From an uncultured Alphaproteobacteria bacterium (lineage in GTDB: Bacteria > Pseudomonadota > Alphaproteobacteria > Rhizobiales > Xanthobacteraceae), in the NCBI GenBank assembly GCA_963806815.1, contig CAWDZJ010000022.1, positions 190,700-254,699 on the forward strand: DNA of 64,000 bases, read 5' to 3'. The position numbers and the translations under genes are program-made. Positions 57,614 to 64,000 of the stretch are shown here, one piece after another (the stretch's first letter is position 1; each line of letters begins with the position of its first letter). A model generated the notes under the pieces. It was given only the letters and a program-made list of their open reading frames with translations. It was not told the DNA's origin and did not search any database.

Positions 57614-58934
57614 TTAAGGTGAGGAGGTCTTGCCGAGGTTTTCGAAGTCACTACGCCCCCAGCGAATTCTGACGACCGCTCCGTGAGCTTGGCGCCGCGC
57701 GATTTTGAAAAGCCAAGGTGGCACCGGAGCGTTCGAGCAGCGTCTTGGCAATGAAGAATCCGAGCCCTAGTCCCCATCGCTTCGCCGTCGCTGTTCTTGC
57801 GATGCCGCCGCGCGGCTGGTGACATAGGGCTCGCCGATCCGGTCCATGACCTCCGGTGCGAAGCCGGGCCCGTCATCGCTGATGGTGACAGTCGACATCG
57901 TCGCCGTTCCAGTCCGCGGTCACGTCGACCTGCGTGCGCGCGAAATCGACGGCATTCTCCAGAATGTTTCCGAGCCCATAAAGGATTGCCGGATTGCGCG
58001 GCCCGACCGGCTCCTCTGCGCTTCCCCGATCCAGGCCGACATGGATATCGACTCCGAAGTGCGCGATGCGGTGCGACCACTTCTTCAATCAGGTTCGACA
58101 GTGGCATGCGATCGAACGGCGCGCCGCCCGACGACAGTTCGGTCAGCTTGGCCAGGATCGACCGGCAGCGCTGTGCCTGTTCGCGCAGAAGGCGGACGTC
58201 TTCGCGTGAGCGGTGAGTCGGGCTCGATCGCGCGTTCGAGTTCCTTGGCTGATCGACGTGATGGTCGACAGCGGCGTACCGAGTTCGTGCGCGGCCGCCG
58301 CCGCGAGGCCATCGAGGGCCGACAAATGCTGTTCGCGCGCCAGCACCAGCTCGGTCGCGTGCAGCGCGTCATTGAGCTGGCGCGACTGCTCGGTGATCTG
58401 CCACGCATTGACCCCGATGTAACCGATCGCCAGCAGTAGCGAGAGCCAGACACCCACCAGATAGAGCGACGGCAGTTCCAGGGGATCGTCGCCGTCCCAT
58501 GGCAGCGGAAAATGGACGAACACCAGAACGGTTGCGCACGCGATGGCGAAGCCGCTGATGATGAGGGTCAGTCGTGCTGGCAGCGCCGTCGCCGAGATCA
58601 GCACCGGAGCAAGGAACAGGAACGAGAACGGATTCTGCAATCCGCCGGTCAGAAACAGCAGCACCGCCAGCGCGGTAATATCGAAAGCCAACAGCCAGGC
58701 TGCGCGGTCGGGTTCCAGCCGCTGCGTCATCCGAAATCGGATTCGCAGCGCGATATTGAGCCAGGTCGAGAGCGCGATCACTGCCAGACAGGCATAGATC
58801 GGCAATTTGAAGCCGAGGCCGAAATAGACCGCCAGCACCGCCGCCGTCTGCCCGATGACGGCAAACCAGCGCAGCCGCAGCAGCGTATCGAGCCGCAAAC
58901 TATGGCCCTGGTCGATGGTCTCCGGTCTCGCCAT
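57614..58934 (-). pseudogene. regB: Redox sensor histidine kinase RegB/ActS/PrrB-type gene with at least five frameshifts
   Basis: The N-terminal membrane part is intact and includes the quinone-site heptapeptide GGLQNPF and the H-box AAHELGTPLSTIT. The remainder (AKELERAIEPDSPL; MPLSNLIEEVVAPHR; FGVDIHVG..NPAILYGLGNILENAVDFA; TISDDGPGFAPEVMDRIGEPYVTSR; GLGLGFFIAKTLLERSGATL; HGAVVRIRW) is scattered over all three frames. Confidence 0.85.
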
Positions 58935-59049
58935 GGGCGCACTCTACTGGTTCGCGTTGCCCGCTCAAGCCAAGTGGGTGTGATTCCCCAGACACCGAGG
59001 CGCAAAAGGGGTTGCGTCCCGCAGCCTGCGGCGTCACATCTCGCGGACC

Positions 59050-59812
59050 ATGGACGGACGCATCGAACCCGCCATCGCCGTTGATCACCTGGTCAAGACG
59101 TATCGGGCTGTCCGGGCCGTGGACGACATTACCTTCTCCGTCCCGCGCGGTGCCGTCCTCGGCCTGCTTGGCGGCAACGGCGCGGGAAAGACCACCACCA
59201 TCGCCATGATCCTCGGACTGGTGTCGCCGAGCGCCGGAACTGTGAAGGTGCTCGGCGCCGAGATGCCGCGCCAGCGCTATCAGGTGCTGGGCCGCATGAA
59301 TTTTGAAAGTCCCTATGTCGACATGCCGATGCGGTTGACGGTACGGCAGAACCTGACGGTGTTCGGCCGCATCTACGGCGTCGCCGATTTGCAGGATCGT
59401 ATCGCGCGCCTGGCGGAAGACCTTGATCTGGTCCAGCTGCTCGATCGGCCGACTGGGCGTCTGTCGGCCGGCCAGAAGACGCGGGTATCGCTCGCCAAGG
59501 CGCTGATCAATCGGCCTGATGTTCTGCTGCTCGATGAACCGACCGCTTCGCTCGACCCTGATACCGCCGACTGGGTGCGCACGCGTCTCGAGCGTTTTCG
59601 CGTCCAGCACGGCGCGACGATCCTGCTTGCTTCCCACAACATGGCCGAGGTCGAGCGCCTGTGCGATCGCGTCATCATTATGAAGTCGCGGACGGATCGA
59701 GGATGACGATACGCCGGGCCGGCTGTTGGAGCGCTACGGGCGGCAAACCCTGGAAGAGGTTTTCCTCGATGTCGCGCGCGGTCGCGGCGAACCGCGCGAG
59801 GCCGTGCGATGA
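59050..59812 (+). pseudogene. ABC-2 type exporter ATP-binding protein, single frameshift near the 3' end
   Basis: Walker A GGNGAGKTT, signature LSAGQKTRVSLAKAL, Walker B LLLDEPTASLD. The ORF stops at 59706, but the next frame continues RIEDDDTPGRLLERYGRQTLEEVFLDVARGRGEPREAVR* and ends in an ATGA overlap with the permease gene. The shift is near 59687. Confidence 0.7.
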
Positions 59813-60627
59813 ATATGACGAGCGCGTCCGCAGGCCTTTCCGTTCAGCGCATTGCCGCGATGGTTCTGCGGTACTGGTATCTGCTGCGATCGTCATGGCC
59901 GCGCCTTCTGGAACTTGTGTATTGGCCGGCGGTGCAGATGCTGATGTGGGGCTTTTTGCAGCTCTACGTCGATCAGAACGCCAGCTTCTTTGCCCGCGCC
60001 GGCGGCACGTTTATCGGCGCTGTGCTGTTATGGGACATCCTGTTTCGCGGCCAGATCGGATTTTCCATTTCGTTTCTTGAAGAGATGTGGGCCCGCAATC
60101 TCGGCAACCTGATGATCAGCCCGCTGCGGCCGACGGAGTTCGTCGCCGCCTTGATGGTCATGAGCATCATTCGTCTGGCGATCGGCCTCGTTCCGGTCGC
60201 GCTCATGGCATTGGCGTTCTTTGGCTTTAACCTGTTTGGTCTCGGGCTGGCACTCATAGCTTTCTTCATCAATCTTATTTTGACCAGTTGGGCGGTCGGA
60301 ATTTTCGTGTCCGGATTGATGCTGCGCAACGGCCTTGGCGCGGAGAGCCTGGCGTGGACGGTGATGTTTCTGTTTTTGCCGCTGACCTGCGTCTACTATC
60401 CGGTCGCGACCTTGCCGGTCTGGTTGCAGACGGTGTCCTGGATACTGCCGCCGACCTATGTGTTCGAGGGCATGCGGGCCCTGTTGATCGAGCATGTGTT
60501 CCGCGGCGACTTGATGCTGATCGCCTTCGGACTCAACATCGTGCTGTTTGCGCTCGGTGCCCTTGCCTTTTTGCGACTGCTCGACAGTGCGCGCCGCAAT
60601 GGCGCGCTGATGCAGGCCGGCGAATAG
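59809..60627 (+). CDS. ABC-2 type transporter permease
   Basis: 272 aa with six helices. Translationally coupled (ATGA) to the upstream ATPase reading frame. Confidence 0.85.
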   Translation: MNMTSASAGLSVQRIAAMVLRYWYLLRSSWPRLLELVYWPAVQMLMWGFLQLYVDQNASFFARAGGTFIGAVLLWDILFRGQIGFSISFLEEMWARNLGNLMISPLRPTEFVAALMVMSIIRLAIGLVPVALMALAFFGFNLFGLGLALIAFFINLILTSWAVGIFVSGLMLRNGLGAESLAWTVMFLFLPLTCVYYPVATLPVWLQTVSWILPPTYVFEGMRALLIEHVFRGDLMLIAFGLNIVLFALGALAFLRLLDSARRNGALMQAGE

Positions 60628-60796
60628 CAACCGGCGGCGTTGCATCGAATTGTCGGAACCAGGACTTCGTGAAATTGCGGGGATTGGTTAATTTTTAGGC
60701 ACAACAAGATGAATCGTTTATCGCTATGTTGACGCAATGACAATTTAGCGACAGAATGTTGCAGCGCAGCAAGGGTCTGAAATAAGGAATTTATTA

Positions 60797-62308
60797 ATGT
60801 CGATTGGAGAACTTGGCGGTGCGCCGGGCGCGGCCGCAGGCACTGCGCCTGTCTACTCCACACCCTATTACTGGCTGTATGAGATGACCCAGGCGGCGCT
60901 GAGCCCATCGCGCGCCTTCGCGGATGCTGCGCGTCTGTTCTACCGCAATCCGGCCAATCCGTTCGCGCATACCCAGTTTGGCAAGTCGGTTGCCGCAGCC
61001 TGCGAAGTCTATGAGCGCGCGACGCGGCGGTATGGCAAGCCGGATTGGGACATTACATCGGCGATCGTCGGCGGAGAGCGCATCCCGGTTCACATATCGA
61101 CGGTATGGGAACGCCCGTTCTGTCGGCTGTTGCATTTCGAACGGACTTTCGAGCGCCCGCCGCGTCGGCCGCAGCCGCGGCTCCTGATCGTTGCGCCGCT
61201 GTCCGGACACTACGCGACACTGTTGCGCGGTACGGTCGAGGCCATGCTGCCGAACCACGATGTGTACGTGACCGACTGGATTGATGCGCGCATGATCCCG
61301 GCGACGGAGGGGACGTTCGATCTCGACGATTACATCGATTACGTGATTTCGATGCTGCACATGTTGCGCGGCGAGGTTCATGTCATGGCTGTTTGCCAAC
61401 CGTCGGTGCCGGTTCTGGCCGCCATCGCCCGGATGGAAGCCGAGAACGACCCATATATCCCTCATTCGATGGTTTTGATGGGCGGACCGATCGATACCAG
61501 GATCAACCCGACGGCCGTGAATGCGGTTACCGACAATCGCGACATCGAGTGGTTCAAGCGCAACGTGATCACCAAGGTGCCATTTCCAAACCCGGGCTTC
61601 ATGCGGGATGTCTATCCCGGCTTTCTCCAGCTCAACGGCTTCATGAGCATGAACATGGACCGTCATATCGAGGCGCATAACAAGCTGTTCAAGCATTTGG
61701 TCGAAGGCGATGGTGATTCCGCTCAGAAACATCGCGAATTCTATGACGAGTATCTCGCGGTCATGGATCTATGCGCCGAGTTCTATCTCCAGACAGTCGA
61801 TACCGTGTTTATTCGGCACGCCTTGCCGAAAGGCGAGATGACGCATCGCGGTCGTCCGGTCGATCCCGCAGCCATTCGGCGCGTCGCCCTGATGACGGTG
61901 GAAGGCGAACACGATGATATTTCCGGCGTCGGACAGACCGAGGCGGCGCATCGCCTCTGTGTTAACATTCCCGCCGAACGCAAGGCACATTGGTTGCAGC
62001 CCGATGTCGGTCACTACGGCGTCTTCAATGGTTCGCGCTTCCGTTCCGAGATAGCGCCACGCATTGCCGACTTTGTTCTAAGCAACAACGGTTACCGCGG
62101 ATCGCCGCACAACAAAGCTCCGACCACTGCGGTTATGCCGGAGGCGCCGAGCGCCAAAGTCGCTGCACGCAAGGCAAAGCGCAAAGGCACGGACAAGACC
62201 AAGGACAAAGGTGAGGGCAAGCCGCAGGGAAAAGGCACGGAGATCACGAAAGGCAACGGCGCGGACAAGTCGCCGGTTGTCATGGCGGGCGATCCGGCGG
62301 CTCGGTGA
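60797..62308 (+). CDS. phaZ: Intracellular polyhydroxyalkanoate depolymerase
   Basis: N-terminus YWLYEMTQAALSPSRAFADAARLFYRNPANPF and blocks LLIVAPLSGHYATLLR and VCQPSVP, typical of the intracellular PHB depolymerase family. Followed by a Lys/Gly-rich C-terminal tail. Confidence 0.85.
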   Translation: MSIGELGGAPGAAAGTAPVYSTPYYWLYEMTQAALSPSRAFADAARLFYRNPANPFAHTQFGKSVAAACEVYERATRRYGKPDWDITSAIVGGERIPVHISTVWERPFCRLLHFERTFERPPRRPQPRLLIVAPLSGHYATLLRGTVEAMLPNHDVYVTDWIDARMIPATEGTFDLDDYIDYVISMLHMLRGEVHVMAVCQPSVPVLAAIARMEAENDPYIPHSMVLMGGPIDTRINPTAVNAVTDNRDIEWFKRNVITKVPFPNPGFMRDVYPGFLQLNGFMSMNMDRHIEAHNKLFKHLVEGDGDSAQKHREFYDEYLAVMDLCAEFYLQTVDTVFIRHALPKGEMTHRGRPVDPAAIRRVALMTVEGEHDDISGVGQTEAAHRLCVNIPAERKAHWLQPDVGHYGVFNGSRFRSEIAPRIADFVLSNNGYRGSPHNKAPTTAVMPEAPSAKVAARKAKRKGTDKTKDKGEGKPQGKGTEITKGNGADKSPVVMAGDPAAR

Positions 62309-62680
62309 AACGGTACGATCCCAGCTGCCACGCGCGCGTGATTCCGGCCCCCATTTGCTCCAAGGCCTTGTTTGATAGGCTGTTTTGCCATCGCGTGCGT
62401 TTCGCGCCAAGGTCTTTGGCCTTAAACAATTGAAATTATAGCGTTTTTTGAGGTCGTTCGGATGCCGGGACAGCGGACCCGCGTGCCTCATTTCGGTTTT
62501 TCGCTCGACTGAATAAATAATTCTAGATTCACTTCTAGTGGCTTACCACATATTGTAGAATTAGACGCTCGCGAGTCCTCCATCTTGGGCAAGAAGGTTA
62601 TTTTGCCCTCAACCATGCTGCGTCGCTCCTTGGATATGGCAATATCTAGCTCGGGGTTGTTTCTGGGTGGACTGTTTTCG

Positions 62681-63466
62681 ATGTCAACGCGTGCCATGCT
62701 TTATCGCCGACCGACCGAACCGCAGGCGTTCGAGGTCATTTTTGACCGCGCCATTTATCTCGTGCGCTTGCGCCGTCACCGCCAAGCGCGGCGATACACG
62801 TTGCGGATCGCGGCGGCGACGCGCGAAATCGTGCTCACCATGCCGCCGCGCGGCACGATCAAGGAAGCGCGCGACTTCGCACAACGCCATGGCGGTTGGA
62901 TCGCAGCGCGACTCGATCGGCTGCCGGAAGCTCAACCATTTGCGCATGGTTCATTCGTGCCGCTGCGAGGCAATCGGCACCGTATCGTGCATCGCCGTAA
63001 CGTTCGCGGCACGGTCTGGACCGAAAGTGATGGTTATGATGGGCGCCTGCTATGCGTTGCAGGTGAAGCTCCCCACATCGAGCGGCGCATTATTGATTAT
63101 CTTAAGCGCGAAGCGCGCAGCGACCTCGAAGCGTCGAGCAATCGATTTGCGGAAAGACTTAATGTCCAGTTCCGTCGCCTTACCATCCGCGACCAAGCGA
63201 GCCGCTGGGGGTCGTGTTCGACCAACGGCGTCTTGTCTTTCTCTTGGCGCCTGGTCCTAGCTCCGCCCTATGTCCTCGACTATCTCGCGGCGCATGAAGT
63301 TGCTCACTTGGTCGAGATGAACCATTCGCCGCGCTTCTGGCGCCTTGTCAAAAAACTGTATCCGCAGGCCTCGCGTGCGAAGACCTGGCTGGATGTGCAC
63401 GGAACCGACCTTCATCGCTATGGTCTCCCGACTGACATGGCGCCGGTTCGCACCGCGCGTTCCTAG
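62681..63466 (+). CDS. YgjP-like (DUF45/M48-related) zinc metallohydrolase
   Basis: C-terminal HEVAHLVEMNHSPRFW (HExxH...H) motif with preceding RWGSCS block. Start ambiguous (62585, 62681 or 62696). Confidence 0.78.
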   Translation: MSTRAMLYRRPTEPQAFEVIFDRAIYLVRLRRHRQARRYTLRIAAATREIVLTMPPRGTIKEARDFAQRHGGWIAARLDRLPEAQPFAHGSFVPLRGNRHRIVHRRNVRGTVWTESDGYDGRLLCVAGEAPHIERRIIDYLKREARSDLEASSNRFAERLNVQFRRLTIRDQASRWGSCSTNGVLSFSWRLVLAPPYVLDYLAAHEVAHLVEMNHSPRFWRLVKKLYPQASRAKTWLDVHGTDLHRYGLPTDMAPVRTARS

Positions 63467-63697
63467 CGCACGTAGCCGCAGCGTGACGGGCCTGTCGGAC
63501 AAAAACACACCACAATTCGAAACCTGCGGATATGGCACCGCGCCATGTCACCCGGGCACGATTGCCGTCAATTGAAGTTCCACCGACCTTCTGGCGTCAT
63601 CGGCGTCGAACGTGATAGGCCCTCACCGATCTGCTCAGCGCACGATGGGTGGTCCCTGCCAAGATTTCTTGATCCGTACCGCCTGCTCGGACATTGA

Positions 63698-64000
63698 ATG
63701 CTGCATCCCCATACATTCGCGATGACTGCCCTGCTGGCAGTCCTGACGTCGGTCGGACCATTGTCGACCGATATGTATCTCCCGTCCTTGCCGAGCATCG
63801 GATTGGCCCTGGGCGCATCACCGGCCCATGTGCAATTGACGATTTCGAGCTATCTCGCCGGCTTTGCGATCGGCCAGATCATCTACGGCCCTATTTCCGA
63901 TCAGTATGGCCGCAAGCCGGTTCTTGTCGGGTCGCTGCTCGCCTATGCCCTCGCCAGTATTGGCTGCACGATTGCGACGTCCATCGACCAGTTGATTGTG
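63698..64000 (+). CDS. Bcr/CflA-family MFS drug efflux transporter (partial, 3' end outside window)
   Basis: Open frame reads MLHPHTFAMTALLAVLTSVGPLSTDMYLPSLPSIGLALGASPAHVQLTISSYLAGFAIGQIIYGPISDQYGRKPVL. LSTDMYLPSLP and GPISDxxGRKP are Bcr/CflA hallmarks. Confidence 0.8.
   Translation, partial: MLHPHTFAMTALLAVLTSVGPLSTDMYLPSLPSIGLALGASPAHVQLTISSYLAGFAIGQIIYGPISDQYGRKPVLVGSLLAYALASIGCTIATSIDQLIV

Overview
High-GC alphaproteobacterial chromosome segment. Gene content and order look like Nitrobacteraceae/Bradyrhizobiaceae, but this family-level guess is inference only. The core is the replication cluster rpsT | dnaA-dnaN-recF-gyrB (4.9-13.6 kb). Housekeeping and transport genes surround it: msrA, maeB, a TRAP transporter, an MFS transporter, two paralogous membrane fatty-acid desaturases, photolyase, a livFGMH-K type ABC system, gcdH, mtnA, phaZ and mmcB. 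A LexA-box-controlled imuA-imuB-dnaE2 SOS mutagenesis operon lies at 30.8-36.7 kb. One IS5-family insertion sequence with a programmed -1 frameshift lies at 38.1-39.0 kb, and one tRNA-Arg(CCG) at 51.0 kb. I saw no CRISPR array, rRNA, prophage or recognisable defence system.

The points most worth a second look:
1. A secreted multidomain protein (49.2-50.5 kb) has a C-terminus that aligns without gaps to the human VHL beta-domain, with the hydroxyproline-pocket residues retained.
2. Several families of hairpin, MITE-like modules are each bounded by (C/T)TAG. They stack into arrays, share their boundary tetranucleotide with gene stop codons, and one boundary hosts the IS.
3. Two inverted copies of a composite repeat of about 165 bp bracket a 7.8 kb gene block next to the tRNA.
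4. A GC-rich palindromic element normally found between genes is read through in frame inside dnaE2.
5. Two sharply localised frameshift-dense blocks hold a bicupin plus eutA-like gene and the regB/regA redox two-component system plus an ABC ATPase. All other genes in the window are intact.
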